Shown here in pieces: positions 12,140 to 23,987 of a stretch of 64,000 nucleotides of DNA (positions are counted from its first letter, which is position 1; the number at the start of each line of letters is the position of its first letter). The notes below the pieces were generated by a model. That model did no database searches. It saw only the letters and a list, made by a program, of their open reading frames with translations, and had not been told where the DNA came from. Made by a program: the position numbers and the translations under genes. This DNA is from Mobula hypostoma (lineage: Eukaryota), in the NCBI RefSeq assembly GCF_963921235.1, contig NC_086097.1:172734001-172798000 (forward strand). Reading direction: 5' to 3'.

Positions 12140-13030
12140 AGGACTGTTCCCCCTGTCCGCACCTACCACCCCATGAGCCTCCACATCCAACATAATTCTC
12201 CATAGCTTACACCACCTTCAATAGGATCCTAACACCATACACATCTTTACCACCTCCCCCCATTCTCTGCCTTACACAGGGCTCACTCTCTCCATGATTC
12301 CCTTGTATAATCGTTCCTCCCCACTAATCTCCGTCCTCCCACTTGCCCAGTTACCTCCTCCCTTACCATCATTCAGGCCCCAAACAGTCCATCCACTTCA
12401 CCTGTGAATCTGTTGTATCTGGTACTCTCATTGCGGCCTTTTCTATATTGGTGAGAACCGACATGAATAGAGGGACCACTTTGTCGAGCACCCCTGCTCC
12501 ATTCACCAAAAGTAGAATTTCCCGGTGGAATGCTGTTTTAATTCTTACCCCTATTCCCACTCCAACAAGTCAGTCCACAGCTTCCTTATTCTCTCTCAGG
12601 TTGGAGGAGCAATACCTTATATTCTGTCTAGGTAGCCTCCAACTTGATGGCATAAATATCAATTTTTCCTTCCAGTAAAAAATATTCTCTCCACTTTCCC
12701 TTTTCTTCTGTTCCCCATTATGGCCTTTTACCTCTTCTCCTCACAGGCCTAACACCTCCCCCTGGTTCCCCTCCTTCAATCCTTTCTCCCATAGTCCACT
12801 CTACATTCCTATCAGATTCCTTCTTCTCCAGCCCTTTACCTTCCCCCCACCTCATCCTGGCTCCACCTATCACCTTCTAGCTAGTCCTCCTTTCCATCCT
12901 CCCGCCTTTTTATTCTGGCACCTTCTCCCTTCCTTTCCAGAGTCTCAGCATGAAATGTCAACTGTTTATTCATTTCCATAGATATTGCCTGAACCGCTGA
13001 GTTCCTCCATTATTTTGAGTGTGTTGCCAT
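12140..13030 (+). mobile_element. Decayed Penelope-like element 3' part
   Basis: HFTCES...LEEQYLIFCLGSLQLDGININFS (ORF 12343-12678) followed by a CT-rich pseudo-LTR ending GCTGAGTTCCTCC. Confidence 0.82.
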
Positions 13031-13789
13031 TCATCACTTTGAATGGAGGTGACAAATAGCCTCCTAAGCCAAATTTGTGAATAGAACGTACAGTATATTG
13101 GCGCACACACACACCCACTCTCCCACCCACCCCTGCAGTTTGGATCATACAAAATGAATTTGAGCCATTTATTACCACGTGCACAAGTATAGTGAGGTCC
13201 AGCTACGATGAAAAATATGCTTACAGCAAAATCACAGGTACATAGGTTTCACACGCAAAACCTAAATTATACAAGTTGGTGAAGACAAAACTGACTCTGC
13301 CAAGCAAGACATTAGTGCAAAACAACCCTCATTGTGAGTCAAGTCCATAGTATTCCATTGCTGAGGTAGGGTTAGGTTGATGCAGCTCAGTTCAAGAACC
13401 TGATGGCTGTAGGAAAATAGCTGTGTGGGTCTTCAGGCTTCTGTATCTCTTGCCTGATAGCAGTATGAAGAGGTCATAACCCAGTTGGTGAGTATCCTTG
13501 ACGATAGGTGCTGCATTGTTGCCTCTTGTAGATGCTATTGATTGCAGAGTGGGCTGTGCCTATAATGGACTGATAGATATGACAATTATAAATCATTACC
13601 ATTACCAATAGCAATAATGTGCAGGGTAGTCAAACCCAGAATGAAACATGGTTTGACCAATTTCTTGCTGGACACCATGCATCTGAAGAAATTTTGGTAA
13701 ATTGGTTTGATATTACCATATGTACTGAGGTACAAATGAAAACTCGTCTTCCAAATCTTTCATGGAGATCATTTCGTTACAGCAGTATG

Positions 13790-14455
13790 AGACCATAACA
13801 CTTAAGAAACAGAAATAGATATAAGCCATTCAGACCATTGCTCCTGCTCTGCCATTCAACCATGGCTGATTTATTATCCCTCTCAACCCCATTCACCTGC
13901 TTCTCCCTGTCACCTTTGACGTCCTTACTAATCAAGAACCACCCTATCAACCTTCACTTTAAATATACCTCCTCAGCTATCTGTGTCAATGAATTCAATA
14001 GATTCGCCACGCTCTGGCTAGTAAAATTCCTCTTCATCTCTGTTCTAAAGGATGTCCTTCTATTCTGAGACTGTGCCATCTGGCTGCTTCACTATTGGAA
14101 ACATCTTCTCAACGCCCACTACCTTTCATTATTAACAAAGCACACAAAATGCTGGAGGAACTCAGCAGGCCAGGTAGCATCTATGGAAAAGATTATTATT
14201 AGATAGTTTTCAATGATATCCCTCTTCACTCTTCTAAACCCCAATCAGTACAGCCCAGAACCATCAAATGCTCCTCATGCTTCAACTCCTTTCATTCCCA
14301 GAATCATTCTTGTTAACCTTGTCTAGACCCTCGTCAACAGCAGCACATCCTTCCTTAGATAAGGGTCCCAAGACTGCTCACAATACTCCATATATGGTCT
14401 AACCAATGGCTTTTAAAGCCTCAACATTACACCCTTGTCTTTATATTCTAGTCCT
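13790..14455 (-). mobile_element. CR1-type LINE 3' fragment
   Basis: Same antisense 3' UTR and ORF2-end signature as 18618-19300. A short PLE-end insert lies at ~14135-14192. Confidence 0.7.
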
Positions 14456-17354
14456 CATCTCCTTACAGACAGCAAATCCCATGCGATAACCACTACACTA
14501 CCATGGATTCCTACTGAGGCTATACAAGATAAAACAAAAACAGAATGCAGAATAAAATGTTATGGTTAATGAGAAGATATTAAGGTTAATTTTGGAGTAA
14601 AGTTTGGAGCAGACATTGTGAGAGTGGGCTAATGAAGGAATAGGATTTTGATGTTTTAGTTTGAGAGGCTTCAACAAGGAAGCACAAGTGAGCAGCAGGT
14701 AAGAATAGGTAGGAGTTCTTTTTAGACACAAAAGGCACTGCAGATGATGGAAATCTAGAGCAATACCCTCAATGTGCTGGAGAAACTCAGCAGGTCAGGC
14801 AGCTTCTATGGATGGGAATACACAGTCAATATTTTGGGCTGAGACCCTTCGTCAGGATCCGGAGTTGTTTTTTTTATATAAAACACCGAATTCCAACTTG
14901 CTGGTCATACAAGATAAAACAGTAACAGAGTACAATTACAGAGAAGATGAGGTGCAGGTAGCCAATATGATGCAAGGTCATAACAAGGTAGAGTGTGAGA
15001 TCAAGAGTCCATCTTATTGTACTAGAGAACGATACACTAGTATTATAATAGTGGAATAGAAACTGTCATAGAGTTTGGTGTATGCTCTTTCAGACTTTTG
15101 TATCTTCTGCCCGATTGGAGTTGGGGGAGGGGAGAAATGAGAATGTTCATTGTGGGTGGGGCCCTTGATTATGCTGGCTTCTTTACTAAAGCAATGAGAA
15201 GTGTAGACAGAGTCCATGGAGGATAGTGGCCAATTATCTGATCAACCAGTGCATCTTTGGGATGTGGCAGGAAACTGGAACACCAGGGAATATCCCAAGT
15301 AGTTGTAGGGAGAACATACAAACTCGACACAGGCAGAACCAGAGATCAGGATCAAACCCGCTTCACTGGAACTGTCAGAACGTGATGTAGCTGATTCATG
15401 CATGACTTATGTTTCAGCAAAATTCATTGCATTGCAACAGCAAATTACTTCCCAGTTTGCAGACAGATCTTGATCCACGCTCTAGTCTTGAAGACATTCA
15501 TTTCTTATCAATCATTCAGAATTAATGTTGTAGAGTATAAATGAAACATTTGAAAATGTCTGTGCGTCCCTCTCAAGCAGCATTAAGTATTTAAACTGTT
15601 ATCCAGAAGCCCAGGCTTATAATGCAAAGGATTTCTACAAGTAAGATCCAGAGCACAGCTCACAGTACAATGAAAGGCATATGGCTTTAGGAAGATCTCG
15701 CACAGAGCTAACTTAAAAACAAATAGGACTTCTAAGTGGATCAGGATTGTTTGCCTGCTGAAATCCCTCAGTTTATCATAAAGCCTTATAGTTGTGGGGT
15801 TCTACCGCACAGAAAAAGGCTCTTTCACCTGCTTCATTGTTCATCTCCATCAATCACATTTTCTGCGTTTCTGCTGGCCACTTTGGCAGCATGTTCCAGA
15901 TATAAACTACTTTCTGTGTGAAAGTGGTTGATATCTGGAACCTGTACTTCTTTGGAATATGTGGGGAAACTGAAGCACCCACAAGGAAACCCACATAGTC
16001 ATGGGGAGAACATATAAACTCCTTAACAGACAGCGGGGGAAACTGAAATTCCCAAGTTGATTGCTGGCACTGTGAAGTGGTACGCTAACAGCTAGGCTAC
16101 CATACCGCAAGAATTAGAATTTTGTGGATACCCAACTAGCTAGATAGCAGAAAGGAGATGGTGATGGTGGGATGTTGGAAAGTCAGACCCTGGCAGGAAC
16201 TCTACAAATGGCAGGACTCTGGAGATTGTTTTAAAACAGAGGGGCTTGGGAGTTCAAGCACATGGTTCACTGGAGCACAGGTAGATAGAACTGTGAAGCA
16301 GTCTGGTCTTCATCAGTCAAGGCACTGAATATAAAAGTTGGGCGGTCATTGTACAGTTCACAGTTGAGGCCACACGAAGTACTGTGCTCAGTTCTGATCA
16401 TCCTGCTATTGGAAAAATGCCATTAAACTGGAATGAATGTGTGACAAGGTTAAAATCTGTTCAATTTAGTTATAAACGATTGTTCAAATAATTTTGTAAA
16501 GAGTTTAAATAATTTATTTAATGTGAATATCATTTCATGTTGATGAAAAAAGGGACATTACTTTTAATACCTGCAAATATGAAAATTCTGAGAATCTATG
16601 CACAAGGTATTCTTTTATGGGTTTGAGCGCTGAATCTCCCATTGATATGTTAAGTCTTGCATTCCATCTTCAGCACGCGATTGATTGCTCATGCCTGCTA
16701 GAATGGCTGGGCTGGGCTGGGGTGGGGGATGGAGGTGCACACTGCATTCCTCATTAACCATAAAGTTTCTGAGGAGTAAACAGTATAGCTAACTTGTCTC
16801 ATTCGTCATCTCCCTTTTCCAGGTAGGAAAAGAAATACAGAAAATAATTGGAATTTTAAGCGAATTGGCACATTCAGTTTCTCAGAAAAACATTAAGTAT
16901 TTTTTTCTGAAGGTTTGTATAATTCTTTGAGTTATATATTTGTTTGAAACGGGGAAAAAAGGCTGTTTTCACCCATGTGGCTTGTATAATTGAAGCATTA
17001 AAGCTGCATGGAGACAGTGCCATAAGCACACGGTGTAACCGTTTGGATGCATGTAATTGCTGATAAAAGAAGATAGTTTATTGGAGTATTTTTATATTTT
17101 GTGTTATATTTTTGTTCATCTAGAATTAAAGTGATGTGTTCCCATGCAATAACAGAAATTATAGTTAAAACATAAAAGACCCCAATGTTAAATGAATAAA
17201 AGCATAAACGGGAAGGGTTGAACTTGGTTGAAAATGCACATCTCATTACCTATTGTTATACAGTTAACTGGATGTACTGTTATTTATTTTGATTCACTAT
17301 TAAGTTACTGAGGAGTAAATAGTGCAGTGTGTATGTTACGTTCATCATCCGCCT

Positions 17355-17912
17355 TTCTCACGGGCGCTGCACATGCAGAAAAGATTTACGAGGGTGCTGC
17401 CCGGATTTGAGGGACTGAGTCATAGGGAAAGGGTGGAAAGGCGAGGACTTTATTCCTAAAACACGAGACCGAGAGATAATCATGAAGGAAATGCAGAGGG
17501 TGAATGTACGCAGTCATTTTCCTCAGGGTTGGGGAAATGAAGAACTAGAGGCCATAGGTTTAAGGTGAGTAGGGAAAAATCTAAGAGGACCTTGAAGGGA
17601 AACATTTTTACATGTAGTGTGGAATCTATGTGGAATAAGCTACCAGAAGAAATTGATGAGACAGGTAAAATAATAACTGTTAAAAGGCAGTTGGACAGGT
17701 ACATGGATTGGAAGATTTCAAAACAGATTCCCAACCTGAAGTACACAGACCCCTTTGCTAATTGTATTGGTCCATGCATAAAAAGGTAGGGAACCCTTAT
17801 GTTAGAAGGTTAGGAGCCAAATTCTGGCAAACAGGGCTAGCAAAGATATGGTATGTTGGTCAGCATAGACCAGATGGGCTAATTGACCTGTTTCTGTGTT
17901 TTATGACTCCAA
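17355..17912 (+). mobile_element. CR1-type LINE 3' fragment
   Basis: KGNIFTCSVESMWNKLPEE (ORF 17565-17789) and a CR1 3' UTR. Confidence 0.75.
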
Positions 17913-18617
17913 GGTTTCTATTCTTGAAATATTATTGAGGGGAATATGTCTCCCTTTGATGTTCCGCTGATTTTCCCTGCATTGTTTTCCTGTATGTTAA
18001 TTGTCACGTATCTTTACACTGAGGTTCCTCCTCAAGAGCTGGTTCTACTTCTACTTCTGGAATAAATTCATTATCATATTCTGAACAATATTTTGCGGTA
18101 CATCTCAGTGACTTTTTCTCCAATTCATAACTTTGCCCACTGTCTTAATGAGGGTCAATATACACTAGAAGAACAGCATGTTATCTATCATCTGGGTATT
18201 TGCGATCTTCTACAGCAAGCACTGAATATTCTACCTGTAAGTTAGCTGTGCTCTCATCATAATGTACTTTTCTCACCTTGTTTCTATGAAATGCCTTCCT
18301 AACAGTTATTATTTTATTTTTATTTTTATTTAGAAATACAGCACAGTAACAGGCCCTTCTGCCCAATGAGTCTCCACTGCCCAATAACACCCATATAACC
18401 AATTAACCTACTAAGTCGTACACCTTTGCAACTTTGGAGGAAATTGGAATACCCAGAGGAAACGCACGCAGGCATGGGGCAAACGTACAAATTCCGTACA
18501 GACTGTAGTGCAATTGAATCGCAATCACTTACTCCTGTAATAACATTACACTAACTGTTATGCTATCATGCCGTCCCAAGTGTGAGGCCCAAAGTAAACT
18601 GAAAGAACAGCATCTTA

Positions 18618-20252
18618 GACTATAAGACCATGAGACAGAAGCAGAATTAGGCCATTCGGTCCCTCAAGTCTGCTCTGCATTCCATCATGGCTGATTTATT
18701 ATCCCTCTCAATACTATTCTCCTGTCTTTTCCCCATAACCTTTGACATACTGTCTAATCAAGGACCAGTCAGCTTCCGCTTTAAATAATATCCAATGACG
18801 GCTATCTGTGGGAATGAATTTTATAGATTTACCTCTGGCTATGAAATTCCTCTTCCTGTTTGTTCTAAAGGGACATCCCTCTATTCTGAGGCTGTGCCCT
18901 CTGGTCCTGTATTCCCCCAATATAGGAAACATCCCCTCCATATCCACTCTATCTAGACCTTTCAATATTTGATAAGTTTCAGTAAGATTCCCCCCCCAAC
19001 CCCCATTCTTTTAAACTCCAACAAGTTCAGGTCCAGAGCCATCAAATGCTTCTCATATGGTAACCCTTTCATTCTGGAATTATTGCCATGAACCTCCTGT
19101 GGACCCTCTCCAATGCCAGCACATCTTTTCTTAGATAAGGGGCTCAAACAGCTCACAGTATTCCCAAGTATGATCTCACCAGAGCCTTATAAAGCCTCAG
19201 CATTACATCTTTGCTTTTCTAGAACTCTCAAAACATAAGCAAAAGTTTAATTTGCCTTCCTTCCCACTGACTCAAGCAGCAAGTTAACCTTTAGGGATTC
19301 CTGCATGAGGGCTCCGAAGTCCTTTGCACCTCTGGTTTCTGAATTTTCTCCCTATTTAGAAAGTAGTCTTTGTCTTTATTCCTTCTACCAAGTTGCATGA
19401 CCATACACTTCTCAACACTACATTCCATCTGCAAAAATCTGCCACTCTTTTGCCCATTCTGATCTATCCAAGTCATTCTGCAGACTCCCTGCTTCCTCAA
19501 CGCTACCTTCCCCTCCATCTATCTTCGTATTATCTGCAAACTTGGCTACAAAATCATCCATTCCGTCATCCAAATCATTGACATATATGTGAAAAGAAGC
19601 AGTCCCAACACTGACCTCTCTGAAACACTATGAATCACTGGCAGCCAGCTGGAAGAGAGCCCTTTTTATTCCCTCTCTTTGCCTCCTGCCAGTCAGCCAA
19701 TCTTCTTTCAGTGCTAGTATCTTTTCTGCAATGCCATGGGCTCTTATCTTGTTTAACATCTTAATGTGCAGTATCTTGTCAAAGGCCTGCTGAAATCCAA
19801 TTAAGCAACATCCACTGACTACTTTTTTGTCTTTCCTGCCTGTTAATTTGTCAGTAAATTTTAATAGATTTGTCAGACAAGATTTCCCCTTAAGAAAACC
19901 ATGCTGACTTTGGCCTATTTTATCATGTGCCTCCACGTAGTGTATACCAAAATGTCATTCTTAATAAAGCCTTCCCAACCACTGAAGTCAGGCTGACTGG
20001 CCTATAATTTTTGTTCTTTTTCCTCCCTCTCTTCTTAAAGATTGGAGTGACATTTTCAATTTTCCAATCCTCCAGGAGCATTCTGGAATCTAATGATTCT
20101 TGAAAGGTCACTAATAATGCCTCCACAATATCTTCAGCTACCTCTTTCAGAACTCCGGGATGTAGTCTATTTGGTCCAGGTGACTTACCTACCGTCAGAC
20201 CTTCCAGCTTCCCAAGCACCTTCTCCTTAGTAATAGCAACTGCACTTCTGCC
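18618..20252 (-). mobile_element. CR1-type LINE ORF2 (RT) remnant
   Basis: KSPGPNRLHPGVLKE, NYRPVSLTSVVGK, SQHGFLKGKSCLTNLL and KGLDRVD...RTRGHSLRI in minus ORFs; frameshifted. Confidence 0.92.
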
Positions 20253-20706
20253 TATTTGATCCAGAACCAAGAACCTTTTGGTATAATATAACAGGCCAGA
20301 GCATCTTGGGGAGGCAGTAAGAGCGGAGGGCTTAGGATTTTCAAAACAGATCTAGAGGAAGGAGTTGGGTTTTTTTGGCATGGGCTGAAAGTCCTATTTG
20401 GTACTGTGTGACCCCATGACACAATTAGTCTATATTTTTGTCTGTTGGTAAAGTACAAAAAAAAGTATTCCATGCTTCTGTCATTCTCTGTATGTAACAG
20501 TTCCTGAAACTTCTGGCTTTGTTCTGGGACACCAAGTCCCAGAGTCCACACATAATGGAAGAGAGTTTCTCTCCATTTTACCTGTCAACAATCTATTCAG
20601 CCCAAAGGCAAATACAGACAGCAGTGGAAGCAACTTTGCCAATATTGCTGTCAGTCTATGAATGATGCAGAAAATGAGCAAAACTCTGATCAAATAGGAA
20701 GCAGAT

Positions 20707-20970
20707 TTTTTTTTTTGCATGTCGCTCCAGACAGTCAGCCATTCTTGTCTGGTGCGTGGTGTCAGGATTGGTCTCCTTTCGGATTAACCGGGTCACCATA
20801 TGAATGTTCCTGTCTCGACCCTTTTTTTTTAATATGAGGCCGAGTGGCTAGCTCGACGCTCAACCCGGCATGGATGGAAAGCGTGCTTGGGGAGTGGCCT
20901 GATTTGGATTCAAACTCAGGAGCCTTCGCTCTGGAGTCCGGCGCTGATGCCATTGCGCCACCAGCCGGCC
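20707..20970 (-). mobile_element. tRNA(Trp)-like-headed SINE with A tail
   Basis: Minus-strand head GGCCGGCTGGTGGCGCAATGG...GGACTCCAGAGCGAAGG...GAGTTTGAATCC (A box, CCA anticodon, B box), an A-rich end, and an 11-bp TSD AGGAAGCAGAT at 20696-20706 and 20971-20981. Confidence 0.8.
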
Positions 20971-21244
20971 AGGAAGCAGATGGAAGGCAGGGAGGGAACT
21001 GTAGGGCTTAATACATCTGTGTCAGGGGACACGGACACTGAGAGTGAAGTAACAAATCAATGTGCTCGAGGTCAAAATGTTGACAGTACCTTTCTGACCT
21101 CTCACTCCCCATTACAGCCTACCTTGCAACTGCTTCTGCGTTTCTGCTGCTTCCTTCATTAGTATTTTTGATTTAATGAAAAGCATCTGCCTCCTCTGTG
21201 CTCACCAGCTCACCTCAGGGAAAGAATCTGGGGGTACTGGTGTT

Positions 21245-22082
21245 GGTAAATGCCATCTATAAATTTGCTGATGATGCTACCATTGTTGGCAGAATCTCAG
21301 ATGGAGATGAGAGGGCGTACAGGAGTGAGATATACCAGCTAGTTGAGTGGTGTTGCGGTCAACGTCAGTAAGACCAAAGAGCTGAAAGGGTAAGATGAGG
21401 GAACAAGGACCAATCCCCATAGAGGGATCTGAAGTGGAGAGAGTGAATAATTTCAAATTCCTGGGTGTCAATATCTCTGAGGGTCTAACCTGGCCCCAAC
21501 ATATATATGCAGCTACAGCATAAAGACAGAGGCTGTATTTCATTAGAACTGTCAGAAGGTTTGGTTTTTCACCTAAAACATTCAAAAACCTCTACAAATA
21601 TACCATGGAGAGCATTCTGGCTGGTTGCATCACCTGGTATTGAGGGGTGGGCAACCTCACAGGATTGAAAGAAGCTACAGAGAGTTGTAAAACTAGTCAA
21701 CTCCATCATGGGTACTAGCTGCTGTAGCATCTAAGACATCTTAAAGGAGCCGTGCCTCAGAAAGGTGCCAATAAACTATTAAGGACCCCCATCACCCAGA
21801 ACATGCCCTCTTCTCATTATTACTGTCAGGAAGGAGGTACAGAAGCCTGAAGGCACACTCAGTGATTTAGGAACAGCTTCTTCCCCTCTACCATCCGATT
21901 CCTAAATGAACATTGTACCCTTGGACACTACCTCACTTCTTTAAATTTCTGTTTTTGCACTGTTATTTTCAATTTAACTATTTATTATACATATATACTT
22001 CCAGTAATTCATTTTTTTTTCCGGTATTACTCATGTATTGCATTATACTGTTGCCACTGTTATATTAAACCTGATTCTGATT
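21245..22082 (+). mobile_element. Rex1/Babar LINE RT-to-3' end fragment
   Basis: IYKFADD (TATAAATTTGCTGATGAT), FKFLGVNISEGLTW and LLSGRRYRSL motifs, with a (CTGATT) tail. Confidence 0.88.
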
Positions 22083-22091
22083 ATTAGTTTA

Positions 22092-22798
22092 CAGTTTTCC
22101 CCGCTATCCAAAAGTAGAGCGTTCCTATGAAACCGTTCGTAAGCCGAAATGGCGTAAAGCGAAGAAGCAATTACCGTTAATTTATATGGGAAACATTTTT
22201 GAGCGTTCCCAGACCCAAAAAATAACCTACCAAATCATACCAAATAACACATAAAACCTAAAATAACACTAACAGTAAAAGCAGGAATGCTATGATAAAT
22301 ACACAGCCTATATAAAGTAGAAATAACGTATGTACAGTGTAATTTCGCTTACCAGGAAGACAGTGAGACACTGGAAGGTTCACGCATTTTTCTATTATAC
22401 AGTTCTTTGTAAGGCACTCAAAACATCCTGCAAACCTGCCTTAAACCTACGTGCCCTTTCAGAATTAAAGTCATACTTTTCTGCAGTCATTGCAGCAGTC
22501 AATCGTAGCGAAAATCTCACGCAGTTCAAGGCTAAGGTGGCTTGATGCTGAGATGCCGAGTGTACTTCCCAGGGAAGGAGCTTGGTGGCGCCACTCTCGC
22601 TGCTCGGGGTGTGCGCTGCCTCTATAACGGTTCGCTGCAAAACAAACGCTGAAAGCTATTTTTGCTTTTCGCTTTTTTTTTCATAAAAGCAAAACTCCTC
22701 TTCCGATTTCTTTCGGTTATCAAAAACAGGTACTAATGTAGGTCTTTCATAAAAGTGAAGTGGCGTAAAGTGAACTTCCGTAAAGCGGGGGACAACTG
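22092..22798 (-). mobile_element. Non-autonomous pogo/Tigger-like DNA transposon
   Basis: TA|CAGTTTTCCCCGCT ... AGCGGGGGACAACTG|TA terminal inverted repeats with a TA duplication. Minus-strand transposase C-terminal remnant (AEKYDFNSERARRFKAGLQD). Confidence 0.88.
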
Positions 22799-23256
22799 TA
22801 TTGTTATAGCTTGTACCAAGATCCAGCGAAAAAACTTGTCTGGCACACTATACATGCAGATCACTTCATTATGCAGTGCATTGAGGTAGAACAAGGTAAA
22901 ACTAACAAGGAGTTGTGTATTTAATATTTCAGTAGTATTTACTACATTTCACTGCATCAATGGAAATCGCAGCCAGAGGTGCAATGCAATTTCAGTCAGG
23001 AATGAAAGTGAATGTGAACAAAATTGCAATATTTAAACAGAAACTGGTCTTGCCAAACAAATTGTGTTACCGTTGTGGCAGGGGCTCACGTATGCCAGAC
23101 CAATGCAGGTTTAAAGGTGAAACTTGTAGAAAATGAAACAAAGTAGGACACATACTGTACAAAGAACATGTTGGTCGGACAGAAAATAAATGGACTACAC
23201 AGGGAAGATAAAAAGGCAAGTTGCAGTTTCAAAAAGAGCACTAATCTGCATGCTGT

Positions 23257-23732
23257 TTTTAAAATTTTTTTTATGCATTTCTACAATACAGCGACAGAAA
23301 AAAAAAACATCACCAAAATGGAGATTTATACAGTAGAAAACAAACGTGTCCAATATATAATTCACAATAAGGAAAAAGCACCCAAAATAAAACCATATAA
23401 AATTAGTATCCTCCCCACCCTCCCACTATAAAACCCCAGGCCAACCATTTCTATGTATAAAAGAAAAATTAATTGGAGCATTCAACCCCACAGAGCTGTA
23501 AATATATATATAAAAAGAAAATATAATGCCGACTACCAAAACTACAATGTAATTCACAACAAAAAACTGTAAAACTTACAGGAAAAAAGCTGAAAGTAAG
23601 GGATTATAGTACAAAAAAAGGATAAACTTAATCTAAAGCGGAGTTACGAAAGTATTCAAGAAAAAGTCCCCACACCCTATGAAACTTTATGTCCGAATTA
23701 AGAAGTGAATAATGAATCTTTTCAAGGTCTAA
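23257..23732 (-). mobile_element. L1/Tx1-type LINE 3' end inserted in Gypsy A gag
   Basis: Minus ORF ACLDLEKIHYSLLNSDIKFHRVWGLFLEY* is an L1 ORF2 end. T-rich tail at left. Flanked by GCAYGCTGT (23248-23256 and 23733-23741). Confidence 0.75.
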
Positions 23733-23987
23733 GCACGCTGTCGATAAATAATTTGATATAATGAAAGTGATATAAGACTGGATAGCCTTGAGATTCACAA
23801 TGTGTAATCTAACAATAGTCAAGCAATGGGACTTGCATCAGAAGTGAATGGAAAATTAATTAAAATGAAATTGGACACTGGCTCAACTGTTTCAGTCATT
23901 CCACAAAATAAGTTTGAATGGCATTGCACGGATACTCAACTGAAACTTGCATATATCCAACTAAGAACTCGTACTTGAGAAAAGGTA

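Noticed and set aside
17290..17350. C/D box snoRNA on the minus strand (ATGATGA)
   Set aside because: There is no downstream CTGA D box or terminal stem at a suitable distance.
20501..20661. Possible terminal exon (acceptor taacag, ~53 open codons)
   Set aside because: No recognisable homology, and it cannot be linked in frame to the other candidate exons.
20900..20970. Functional tRNA-Trp gene (likewise the tRNA-like heads at 46466 and 55467)
   Set aside because: The acceptor stem is not closed, and the sequence continues into a SINE body with a tail and TSD.
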